Below, piece by piece: positions 36,001 to 48,183 of a stretch of 64,000 nucleotides of DNA; position 1 is the stretch's first letter; every line of letters begins with the position of its first letter. The DNA is from Anthoceros angustus (lineage: Eukaryota > Plantae > Anthocerotophyta), in assembly GCA_010909165.1 (NCBI GenBank), contig MU008165.1:992001-1056000 (forward strand). The letters run 5' to 3'. A model generated the notes under the pieces. It had not been told where the DNA came from. It searched no databases and saw nothing but the letters and a program-made list of their open reading frames with translations. Position numbers and translations under genes: made by a program.

Positions 36001-37399
36001 TCCTTTGAGATTATATATATTTTTAATTTATATTAATATAAGAACCTCCTTTACAAGCATTATATTCAGTCCATCATCTGTAGGCAGAGCTACCTAGAAC
36101 ACATTGGTACAAATAGTAGACATTCTAATATTATAAAATATAATATGTATACTCATCCCATAAATATGATATGAAGATATGATATACTATTAAGGAGGTA
36201 TTGTGTAGATCCCTACCAAGGTTCTTAATAAGTTTAGGGGTATCGTGTATTCTTTGTTCTTGATAAGTTGATAAGTGCCGCGATTTTAATGTTTTTAATC
36301 TGTAAGTTCAATAATAACAAGAATTTTTCTGTTCTTAACAATTTCAAGAGTAGCACGTATTTTATGTCCTTAATAAGTTGTCAAGTGATACATATTATAT
36401 GCACTATATGTTGGTATTATATGCACTATATGTTGATAACAATCGTTCACATTATTTAACATAATCAAGATATTCCTTTGTATAGACATATGTCCTATGT
36501 GGTGAGTTATGCTTATTGTTTCTATAGATATCATAAGTTATTGGACCATCTCCACCTCCTCAACTTCTTTATAGAATTTACATTCACCCTTGTAATCCTT
36601 GAACTTGAATTGCATGACCTTTGTCTGTGGAGATTGACATTGAGACTATAGGCTGTGCAAAAGTCAGACGGTACATAAAGTTATTGTTGTAAGTCGTTCA
36701 AGGTGTGCGAAAAAGCATAATACCATTAGGATACAAGAGGATTGAGATATTCTCAAGGAACGGGCGAGTGCCAGGATCATCGAACTTTAGAAGCCACTCT
36801 TAAACTTGTCAATATACAACCCAACAACAACAATTGTATCGAATAGTATAAACTACAAGTGATTTTCATCAATCAACTAAAAAGAAAAAAGACATGTTTT
36901 CTTTGCGCTACAAATAATTGACACATGAATCCCTTCATGTTATACACTATTGTACAAAGGGGTAAATAAAAACATATAACAAGAGGTCAACAACCTTCTA
37001 GTTGTTACTAATTGTTGTCATGTAGCTGCTTCATTCTACCAAAACATCTGATAAGAACTATGTGGTTAAACAACCTTCCCCATAGGATCACTATTGGGTT
37101 AAGGTGTATGATCTAAATGTTCTTGGCCTTGTCTCTTAATTTCTTGTTCTATGACCCCATGAGCCTTGGTGGGCTAAGTACCTATTGAAAGGCCTCCTTA
37201 TGAGTGCCCCCCGTGGCCCGCCTTTTGTTCCCGAAGGGTGTACTCGAGTGGCCACTTGGTACCAATTATAATGTTTCCGAAGGGTGTTAGAAAGCCCTTG
37301 GCCCTACTCGAGTGGCCACTTGGTACCAATTATAAAGCTGTTTAAGCCTACCTGTTGTAAAGCCATTCGAGTTGCTCTTTGTAAGAGCATTTGGGAACT

Positions 37400-38558
37400 A
37401 TATGGCGCCTCAATCCATGGTGGCCCAATGCTAGTTATAAATTAATTTCTAATATGGACTTCTTCTACCCCTTCTTGTGGGAATTAGCTATGCTTAAGCT
37501 CTCCGCCGTGCTTTACACAAGATGAATATTCTGGATTCAACCTTCCAAAGCGCCTAGCCAACACGTTGGTGATCCCGTCTACCATGTACGGTGCTGAAAT
37601 CTTGCGTCCGGATCTCTCCCTTTCCACTTGGATGGAAAAGGTACAAGCTTCTTTTATTGGAGCTCATATTGTCTGTAAGCGCTCGACCCCTTTACCTATC
37701 CTCCTTTCTGACGATGCCACCTTTCGAAAACTCTTGAACTACGCGAAGGTCTTTTTCGCATGTCCTCTTTCCTACTCCAAGGCCTATTTTTGTTGGCTCT
37801 CTTAGGCTGCTGAATGGCTTAAAAGGCTCGAGTTTGAACCTCAGACTCCCGCCTTGGCCAACTCCCTACTCCTAGCTTCCCCTCTCACCTTCCTTCCAAC
37901 CACCTCATCCAGAAGGACCTCAAATTAAGATACCTTTCTCTCACTTGGTCCTCTATTTCATCCACCCCTCCTCTTAAGTCCAAACTTCATTTTCTCAAGG
38001 AAGAGTTTCGTGTCAATCCTCCTTACGGTTTCTTGGCACGTACTACGCTACTTTAGTTCTCCTCTCTTGTTTAAACTCCGTACACTCATTGGTCGATTTC
38101 ATGTTAACTTCATCACCTCCGAATTGAGACCGACTGTTGGATTAAGCCCTCGCCTCCTTAGAAAGAACGTATTCGCTAGACCCTGAATGTGAAATGCATT
38201 TTTTACTCTGTTATCCCGCTTATGCTGAAATTCGGGCTGAATATACTCTTGTTTTTTAGTGTGGTGGGTTCTCCTTGCGCAGATTTTTCTCTTTTCGTAT
38301 CCTTAAGCTCTATGGCCTTTGTCTTTCTAAGTTTTTTGATCATCGGCAAGCCTTATTGGACTCCTTATAGCGTTTGCCTTTTTTCTTCATCTCTTATAAC
38401 TTTCGCCTCTTTTTTCTCTAATCTCAAACAATTATTGTCTCTCTCTAGTTCAAACGTAATATGTGGACTATGCTTATTACCTCTTCTATGTTATACTATC
38501 TTTGTCCCATAGAGATCCTTCTTCCCTTAGCAGACATAAATAAAGTTGTTGTTGTTGT
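37400..38558 (+). mobile_element. Decayed 5'-truncated non-LTR retrotransposon (RTE/RTE-X-like) 3' fragment
   Basis: LVIPSTMYGAEI...MEKVQASFIGAHIVCKRSTP resembles the post-RT LVKP.LLYG.E.W...IEKV...F...ILGV..STP motif. HHLRIETDCW...KERI...EMHFLLCYPAYAEIR resembles the C-terminal HxLxIETGRW...E.HFLL.CP.Y...R. Ends with AATAAA (38539-38544) and a (GTT)4 tail. Confidence 0.72.
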
Positions 38559-39984
38559 ATTGTTAGAATACTCTGCTCTCTCCCACGTTTCCCGAGTTCA
38601 AATCTCGACAATGAATCCCTTAGCGGACATAAATAGAGTTGTTGTTGTTGTATTGTTAGGATACTCCGCTCTCTCCCATATTTCCGCTCTCTCCTATGTT
38701 TTCCGGGTATGAATCTCGGCAATGAATAGTGTGAAAGGTCACCAAAAGATTTGCATTTTTTGCTGGGTGGAATCTCGGCAATGGAATGTGAGTATAGGGC
38801 ATATCATTGTCATCAACTCTATACTGCCCTATATCTATTGTTGTTGATTCATGCATGTCCTTCTTTTTGTTCGTTGATTCATGCATGCCCCTCTTTTTGT
38901 TCGTCATGTCTTGTGAAGGAGGATAGTCATGTCTTGTAAAGGAGTACTTTTGTTCCTTTCTTGCTGTTAGGTTGCTCTTCTGTCTTGTCTCTTGCCCAAG
39001 GTTATGGTACATATTTTTATTAAGCCCCGCTAATCTTATTACACAAAACCGATTGATACATTGCTCCACACAATCTCTTCATTTGATTTTTGTATATATA
39101 TATTATATATACATATATTGTACTATAACAATAAATGTCTATGTGCTTGAGATTAAGACTTAGATTTATGTAGTCATTGAATATTAAAAGGAACTCAACA
39201 TCACTGAATGTTTCTTCAACCCTTGTTTCTCTACCACACACCTTTGCCACATCTACGGACCAACTTGCGTGAATGAAATACTTTTTTCTTTCATACATAG
39301 CAAGTGTGTTATGAAATCATATCATTGTATGCACAAACAGGGACCAATCTCGAGTTCAATGTAGGGATGAAAACACTTCTAAGTGTAACCATGTTGTAAT
39401 GGTGCACAATGATTTTGATATGCTTTGAGATCGTGAAATTAGGAGTTTAGGTCTTATAATACAGACTTCAACCATTTGATGATGCCAAAAAATAAAAGTC
39501 TGAATTTAATTAAGAAAACCTCATACATGAGACACTACATTGAGTCTAATAAATAGAGACTAGGTTTGTCCAAGACCTCTAATAAAATTTCTATATTCAA
39601 TGCACAAAATAAAAACTATAAAATAATTTTTTCTTAACGAATCATCAGTTTAAAGAAAATAGATAAGTCTGGGTGAAGTGTGATACCAAGGATTTATGAG
39701 ATGGTTCAAATACATTTATTCAATATTTTCTGACTTCGACACCAAAACTCATCCTCCTCTTTGTATCTATCTACCTATTCGTGTTCGCTGTAATACAATG
39801 TATTTGTTTTAAAAATATAACATGAAATTTGGGTCCAAATAAAACTCAATTTGGTTCTCAATCGCTATTAGAAAATCAAATCTTCAATTTCCTGTTGATC
39901 ATGGATACGTCACATTTTTCTTGTTTAAAGTAGTATTATCGAATGATTCAAATATCATTGTTGAACTATAGAAATGTACAGTGG

Positions 39985-40213
39985 ACGTCATTCTTTATTC
40001 CGCATAAATTTGATCGTCATGTTCATACAAATACATAGATTTGATGGTCATTTTCATATTGATATTTTAATCCATTGTTTAACAATTGAATAATAAACGT
40101 CATGATTTATTCTACATAGATTTGATCGTCATGTTCATACAAATAGATAGATTTGATCATCATGTTCATCCAAATATTTAATCCATTGTTTATCAATTGA
40201 ATAATGAACGTCA
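39985..40213 (+). repeat. ~112-bp imperfect tandem duplication in AT-rich DNA
   Basis: ACGTCAT..TTTATTC..CATA.ATTTGATCGTCATGTTCATACAAATA.ATAGATTTGAT...TTAATCCATTGTTT..CAATTGAATAAT occurs twice. Confidence 0.8.
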
Positions 40214-42959
40214 GGATTCTTGAGCAACGGCTGATTTGCAGCAGAACAATGTAGCTAATTATATATGCATTGTTGTTACTTGTTTATTGAACAAAATAGG
40301 AGAATGAATCATCAAACAAAAACAAAAACTTAAACAATATATTTTCAGAAGAATATTTGGAGAAAAAATATTGTAAGTTCATGATACATTTAATTATAAA
40401 AGATTGAATTTTAACATTATTTATAGTAATTTTCTCATAAATACTCTTACTAGAAGGGCTCAAACCTTTCTCTTTATGAAAAAATTAAAATAATAAGGTC
40501 GTGAAGGATATATCAATAAGTTTGAAAGTTGTAAAATATTTATTTTTAAGTATCAAAAAAATATTATTTTCATGATAAAGAGTATGTGTAAGACTATCAA
40601 CGTATGATCATATAATAATAATTATATATGTTATAGAACGTGGAGACTTTATAAATATGTAGAGATGCAAAGGCTAGCCTTTTAGACTAGGCACTTTTAC
40701 CCCAAAGTTCAAAATCTTTGGAGTTTTAGTATTTCCTCTCAATGTGGGTTAAAAGTAGTTTCTTAGGCTTAGCCTTTGCTGCTAGCTTTCTTGGCATTTC
40801 TAGTTTCTTGGTAGTGTTTTGGGATTGCTCTGTATCCGCCGGTCTATGAGTAGTTATTTATTCTAAATAATGTTGGGTGATTATATTGTTATAAAAAAAG
40901 GTGGGTTAAATTATGTTCACATCATTGGATTAAAACCTTCCAGCTCCACAATGCGTACTTTTCATGACATCCATCCATGTAACTGAAAGTCTCACATTTT
41001 GTCTAAAAGGCTTAGATAGGAATTATGTCGAAGTAAGAACATTGTACTTAATGAGGTAAAAACTCTATAATGATGAGATCAGAACTCTGTAATTCATTGT
41101 CTGTGGGGTGAATGAGTGCTGGATAGAGATTAAGTACTTGCTTGGTATGCTTTTCTTACTCTATGATCAACATAGCAGCACTTGCTTACCCGGGTCTACT
41201 TGCTTATCTTACAAAAAAGTGCATCACGTACAAAAAGGTTTAACCACTAGAGCGAGATCTTCTTTTAGTATTTAATATTCGATAGTTCAGCATGACATTC
41301 CTGTATTGCTTATGTGTAAGATCTTGCTATTGTTATGAGACATTGTGTTTTTATAAATTGTCTTCATTCAGATGATCCCAACATGTTTCACTACAACAAA
41401 GATAACCTACTAGGAGGCCCTACAACACGTTACAATAGCAGCCGATTGTAGGTGGAGGTTATATATAAAGCAACCTCTCGCGGCTGGACACCAGCAGCCC
41501 TTTTACCCTTTTATTTATGAGTAAGATGAGATTGTATATTAGGTGGCCCTAGAGGGCTTTAACAAGAGAGATCTTATATTGCGTGGGTCACCAGGTGATA
41601 GGCCAGAAAGTGCAAGGAGTAATCGGGGATGGGTGATTCCCCATCCCAAGAGTGATCCGGCCAGAGGGTTGCTTAATCACTTGAAAAATTATACAGGATG
41701 GGTGATACCCTCTCGTAGTGGCGAACCAACCAGTCGATCGTCGCGTAAACACTAAGTTCCTTTGAACTCCTGGCATATAGGAACTCAGGGCTGCCGCGCT
41801 ACTCATCAACAGATGACAGATCGTGTTAGTGCTTGTGGAGGATCATCACAATTACCAAAAAATGACATGATCTAATTCATCAATATTTTTTATTTGTTAT
41901 ATATTTTCAGATTTAAATATGATATCTTCAAACTACAGAAATAATTAAAAGTAAGAAATATAATGTTAAATATCGATATATAATATTAAATAATAGTTTT
42001 TAAAAGTAGGAACTATTAAAAAGGGGCATTATGTTGTATATCTCCATTAAAATATGTTTCACAAGGGCATTATGTTATCAAGGTTGAGATTGAAATAGCA
42101 CATATATCCATAAGAAAATCATTATAAATTGTTTCTGAATGCCAAAATAACATTATCTAGAAATATAAAAGTGATAGAAAAATTATATTTTTCGCATCTT
42201 GTATAAAGTATGATAAACATCTCTCTTCCTAGTGCCATGGTGTCATAATAAGTTGATTAAAAGGTGGCTGATGTGTTGGTACATTTCACTTTAAAATTCC
42301 TTCCATCTAACCTGATATCTGCATTTTAGAAGTTTGAATGGTATTACCGTTATATTTGGATTGATTAGATCCAAAGAGTATAACAAGAGTAAAAATTAAA
42401 AATAGTAGTGCCGATATGAGATTAATTGGATTGATTAGATTGAAGAATATAATATGATTAAAAATTTTAAAATATTAGTAAGGATATGAGTTTCATTGTG
42501 TGTTCTGTTCTGGGACGGAGGATTTGGACATGGTTCTAGGAAACAGTCAATATAATCTACTTAAAGGAATGAATTTATGCAGGTGATTATGCATGTAATC
42601 AACATTATACTATGATAAATCTTATTGGTTAGCTTATGATCATGGATGTAGGGGTTGGGGGGTTGTGGATCATATGTGTACATGCGTGGTTGAGAGTAGT
42701 TAGGGAAGAGCCTTATGAGTTGTAGAGATATATTTATCAATAATAGATAAATGAATAAAAATAATTAGTTATAAGTAAAAAACTAGGGGAAATGGCAGTT
42801 CACTGGTATAAAATAGGAGTATATCTTGGGCTGAGTCAAGAGAAAACAAAAACAAACGTTAACCTAAAGCCGGAAGGTCGGAGGAAGGTCCCGTGGAGAG
42901 AAGTAGAGATCGAAATGAGTTGGGAGGAACATATTTTGAAAGCAGTTGGGGGATCCGAG

Positions 42960-45900
42960 ATCCCCACAGCCACAGCCAGAGGCACAGGCAGAGGCAGAGG
43001 CAGAGGCACAGCCACAGGCACAGGCACAGCCACGCCACACGAGCGAGCGTGGCAAATGGTTTTTTAAGCCCAGGTAGTGGGAATATTCTGGAAAAAGATT
43101 GCAGCGCGGACCGCAACAGGGGCGGGTTGGGAAAAGGTGGAAAGCGCGTAAACAGGGCATAAGCTATGCGCGTGAATTTGTTGGGTGTGTTTTTGTGCAC
43201 CATGTTGCATGGAAGGAGCTGAGCACGTGACATGGGGAAACGCTAAGCGGGCGGCTAAGTTAAGCGGGCTAAGCGGGAAGCGCTAAGGATGGGAAATGCT
43301 GCCCACGACAGGGCGCGGGCAACCGGGGGGTTGGGGGAATGGATATGGCGTGAGGAAGGAGGTGGGAAGGCGGGGCTGCTAATTATGCGGCTGAATCCGT
43401 GATTTGCAGCGGCGGCTCATGATCAGGCGCGCACAAGCCGGGAAGGCCCGATCTCCTGGAATGCAGCGCCGGCCCGACCCGGCCCGGCCCGGCCCGGCAC
43501 ACCATACTAAATTTACGTTTGGTGTTTTGTTCCAAACGCCATGAGATGCTGGGCTGCTGTAATGCGGCCTGCGCGCCCTCTATTTAATGTCGCCCGGCCC
43601 TCATTTAATGCAATGGAAATGCAGCAGTCGCCATCGCCCGCTTGCTGCTTCCTGCTTCCTGCTTCCTGCTTGCTGCTTGCCTGCTCGGGCTGGGATTGGG
43701 ACTCGCCATCCCTTCGCCTTCCCCGCTCTAGACTGGACTCCTTGTTCTTTGCCACTCTTGGTCAAGCTTGGTGGTGGCCTTGGACTGGGTCGGCGTCTTG
43801 GGCTGCTCTCTCTCCCTTTTCTTTCCTTTCCTTTCCTTTCCTTTCCTTCCCTCTGCTTTCCGGAATCCGGTCGCGGTCCGGCCCGGTCCCGCTGCTGTTG
43901 TTTGAAAGGCGGGAGGTTTGGTCGTTGTGGATTTTGCATGGCGTACTGGCGAGGCGACTTTTACTGCATTGTTGACTGGTGGGAGGCGGAGCGCCCATGA
44001 TGTATATCGCGCTCGGCCAATGCCAATGCCAATGCCAATGCCGTTGCCATGCACGCTGCGAAGCGCCCAGGCAACGCGCCCATAATACTGCAGCCCAGTG
44101 TAAGAAATTATAAAACCCCCCGGCTTAAGTTTGTTAATCTTTATCTTGAATGAATAAGAAATATGAGTCCTGACGGGAGTCCTGAATGCCGGATGCTGAA
44201 TTGCGTGTCCGAAGGCCACGTGGCCCGCTCCGCTGCACAGTAGCGTAACCCAGGTGGTTACAATTTAACCGCTGGTGGCGGCCCGCAGATGCCGCCTCTG
44301 CGGAAATGCACGCAAGCGGTAAGCGGTGGCCACCCACCCCGCGCCCACCCAGCGTGCTTCCTCCCCTGCTTCCGCTTCCGGGTTGGCCTCGCCGGGCCTG
44401 GCCTGGCCCGGCCCCGGCCCCGGCCCGTCATCTTCTCTCTCTAGAACTGGCTCCCGTGTCGTGACCTGGGGATCGCCGTGCTGCCTCTCGCTCGCTCCTT
44501 GCGCTTCGCACGCCCGGAGAGGAGAGGGGAGGCCGCCTTCCTTCTTCCTTCTTCCTGCTGCGTGAAGGCGGAAACTGCTTTGCTTGCTTGCTTGCCTGGG
44601 AGACAGCAAATTGGAGAGAATGGGATGTGCGATTGGCTGCGAATGCGAATGCGAATGCGACTGCGACTGCAATGGAGGGGGGAGATGTTGCGTGTTGTTG
44701 CCGTTGATGTCGCTGGTGCCGGCCGAGCTCAGCGTCTCTCTCTAGCGCGCGCGAGAGACGCGCGAGACGCGGGAGGCGGGGGGCGGGAGGGAGGCGCCGT
44801 GTCTGTTTCTTTCATTCATGCATCGGCAAGCGCCTGCCTCTGCCTCTGCCTCTGCCTCTGCCTCTGCCTCTGCCTGCCTCTGCCCCTGCCCCTGCCTCGC
44901 CTTCGTCGCTCTCATCTCTCTCCAGACACCGGGGCGGTGCTCGGCGGAGCACAGCAGCCAGCTCTTCGGCGTTGGAACCGTCTGTGGCCTGCCCTGCAGG
45001 CCTGGCCTGGCCTGGCCTGGCCTGGCTTGCGCCTGCGTCTGCCACACCCCCTCCTGTTCTCTCGCATTCTGTCTTTTTCTTGTCCGCGCCTCAACTCTCA
45101 TTCTCTTCCTTCCTTCCTTCCTTTCTTCCTTTCTTCCCTGCCTTGCTTCGTCTCCTTCCTTCCTTCCTTGCTTGCTCCCCTGCCTTGCTTGCTCTCCTTT
45201 CCTGCTGCTCCCCGCTCTGGCGACTTCGCTCCCTCCTCGCTGCAGAACCATGCTCTGTGCCAGCCTCGCGCTCTTCCCCAGCCACTCCAGCTCGCATGCG
45301 CTTCTCACTCGGCCGCCACCGAGATCAGGATTCCGAGCGCCACCGGCAGCGGAAGAGGCAGCGGTATCCTGCACATCCCGATCCCGATCGCTGCCTGCTC
45401 ATACTTAGCTGAGCTTGCCCTCGCCCTCGCCCTCGCCCTGCTCACTCTCTCTCTGTCATCTGGCATCTGGTTTCGTTGCTCCCAGGCGCGGGCATCCGGC
45501 ATTGCTGCTTCGGCCCAAGCCCTTTTTTCGAGCTCTTCTCCTTCCTCGTCCTTCTCCTCTGCAGACTCCAGTCCACTCCTTCGTCTTCCCAGCTTTTGCC
45601 GCGCAGGCAGGCGCTTTGCTTCCTGGCTTTGAGGAAGTTGGGAGAGGGAGCCGGGTGTTGCCACTCCCTTCCTTGTCTTGCCTTGCCTTGCCTTGCCTTG
45701 CCTTGCCTTGCCTTGCCTTGCCTTGCCTTGCATTGCATCGCACTGCATTGCTTTCCATTGCTTGCAAGCCTCTCGACGCACGTGCTCCTCAACTCCATTG
45801 GCGGATGAGCCTTTTCCTCCGCTTTTGCCTCCACATTCTCTCTCCATCTCCTCCTCTCACTTCTCTCTTGTCCCGCTCCGCCTCCTTAGCCTGAGCCCCG

Positions 45901-47044
45901 AAGCCCTTGTTCCTTCTCCTCCTGCTCCTTCTCCGCTTCCTCCTGCTCCCCCCGCCTTGTTTATCCCGTGATCCCTCGTGCGTGCCTGGACTGCTGCCCT
46001 CTCGCTGCGGGAAGCTCATCCATCCCCTTGGCCAGTAGCGGCGCTTGGGACCAACACTTGGCTTCTCCTCCAGGACCTCGTCGCATCGCATTCCGCTTCC
46101 ACGCTTCCTCCTTGCCGCAAGGCTTGCCTGCATCGCTTCCCCTTCTCCCGCCAATTTCATTCCTCTCCATGCTAGATTCCTCTTAATTCTAGGGCTGCCT
46201 CGCCGCTCTGCTGAACTCACCTCTACCCTGCTGCTCTCCTCGCCAGCCTCCCCCCTCCCCTTCCTCTCCCCGACCGCCTTCCTAGCGTTTTGCTAAATTT
46301 ACAATTTCAAATCCATCCCTGCTTCCAGCCTCGGCAAGGTGTGCCGCTCTCCTGGCCGGATGAATTCCACTGCTGCTAGATAATCCTCTCCTGCATCCTG
46401 CTCCAAGCAGCTCATCGCCGCTGCCTGTTGTGTTGTTTGGCAATCCATGCTGCACCACCGCCAGCAGTAGCGCCTTGGAAGTGAGCGCAAGGTTTGATTT
46501 GGTCTGGTCTGGTCTGGTCTGGTGCGGTTTCCTTCCTGTGCGCGCTGCAGTAGTAGAAGTAGAAGTAGAAGTAGAAGGAGAAGCAGAGCTGGCTTTGGCT
46601 TTGGCTTTGCAGTTTCTTCTTCAATACTCAGCCTTTGTTTGTTTGAAGCTTGTCGTTCGATATTGAGCTGTTGTGCGCTGTTCCTTTTTGTTCCGGATCC
46701 GCGCTGCCTCCCGTCCGGATTGCTTGTGAATTTGGATGACACTGTCAAGCTCTGCCAGCCTTGTTGCTGACGCTTCCTTGCCTCCTCTTCCAACGGTGCT
46801 GGTGCAGCTCAAGGCGGGAGCTAGCTGCAGCGACCACTCCGCACGAATGCTGGAGCTGAAGAGAAGAAGAAGCTGAGCGGAGCAGAGGCGATCGGGAGGC
46901 AGCGCTGCAGGGAGCGGGGCCGGGTGTGCCCCCAAGTCCGCATAAGTGGCATCTCCCAATCACACAATTTCTCTCTCGCTCTTTGGCGGTCCGTCCCGGG
47001 GTTCACTCTCCCAAAATGTGAGCCTCTCGCCGCTCTCTCTGCAG
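42960..47044 (+). promoter_or_regulatory. Microsatellite-dense promoter / long 5' leader of the AHL gene
   Basis: Contains (GGCAGA)n, (TTTCC)n, (GCCAAT)n, (GCGAAT)n, (CTCTGC)n, (GGCCT)n, (CCTTG)12 at 45671-45730, (GGTCT)n and (AGAAGT)n. The plus strand is pyrimidine-rich, with an acceptor-like CTCTCTCTGCAG at 47033-47044. Confidence 0.55.
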
Positions 47045-47131
47045 ATCGAGGCAGGGGGGGGCGAGTCTGCAGTGCACAACTTGGGGCGACACCAGCAGGA
47101 TCAGTTCCAGCAGGGGGGGCATGTGCACCCC

Positions 47132-48183
47132 ATGGCAGGCTTAGATTCCCTGCGCGCCGGGCCGGGCCCGGGCCCGGGCCCGGGACCGGGGCCGGGGCTG
47201 GGCCACCAGGATCCCCACACCTCCGGCTCCGACGAGAACAGCGGCAGCTCCGGCCACGGCAGGGGCAAGAAGCGCGGGCGGGTGAAGGCTCCCGGGAGCG
47301 ATTCCGGCCTCCTCTCCCAGGGCTCCCAGCTGGTGCAGCAGCAGCAGCAACAGCAGGCTGGCGGAGGAGGAGGAGGAGGAGGAGGAGGAGGAGCAGGCGG
47401 GGTGGGAGGTAGCAGCGGCTCTGCAGGAGGCGGAGGAGGTACCGGGGGAAGCGGAGGCGGGGCAGCGAGTGGTGGAGGCGGAACAGCTCCTCCGGAAGGA
47501 CATCGCAAGCCCCGGGGCAGGCCCCCCGGGTCCAAGAACAAGCCCAAGCCGCCCATCATCATCACCCGGGACAGCGGCAACGGGATGAAGCCTCACGTGC
47601 TGGAGGTGGCGCACGGGGCGGACGTGCGGGAGAGCGTGGCGGCCTTCGCCAGGCGGAAGCAGCGCGGGGTGTGCATCCTTGCGGGGAGCGGGACGGTGTC
47701 CAACGTGACGCTCCGGCAGACGACTGCTCCCGGCGCCACCGTCACCTACCACGGGCGGTTCGAGATCCTGTCCCTGTCGGGGGCCTTCCTGCCGCCCCCG
47801 GCGCCGGCCTCCGCCGCGGGGCTCACAATCGCGCTTGTTGGCGCGTCGGGGCAGGTGGTGGGCGGCAGCGTCGTGGGCCTCCTGCTGGCGTCCAGCCCGG
47901 TGCTGGTGATCGCGGCCTCGTTCGCTGGGGCCACCACGACCGCCTGCCCATGGACGACGAGGAGCCGAGCCAGCAGCTGGCAGTGTCGGCCTCCGGGGAG
48001 GGTGGGCGTGCCGGGCCAGGGCCAGGGCCAGGTGGGCGCGCCCGCGCCGGAGACTACGCCGTGGCCGCCGCCGCCGCCGCCAACATGGCCCTCTACAACC
48101 AGAACCCGCAGCTCTCCAATTGCCAGCTCTCCACCGACGTCCTGGCCTGGGCCAACGCCTCCCGCGGCCCGCCGTACCAGTGA
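47132..48183 (+). CDS. AHL: AT-hook motif nuclear-localized protein, clade A (single AT-hook + PPC/DUF296), with a 1-bp frameshift near 47935
   Basis: [26 protein letters not shown]-hook; [11 protein letters not shown]...[19 protein letters not shown]...[19 protein letters not shown]...[10 protein letters not shown]...VIAASF PPC domain. The C-terminus DRLPMDDEE...[14 protein letters not shown] lies in the shifted frame. Confidence 0.93.

Noticed and set aside
41400-41830. Possible old LTR remnant
   Set aside because: No termini, TSD or partner copy could be identified, so it cannot be supported as a feature.
44478-45894. Long ORFs (up to 384 aa) on both strands upstream of AHL
   Set aside because: They are translations of microsatellites (CLCLCL, ALPCL, ARQGK) in stop-poor GC-rich DNA with no domain signal.
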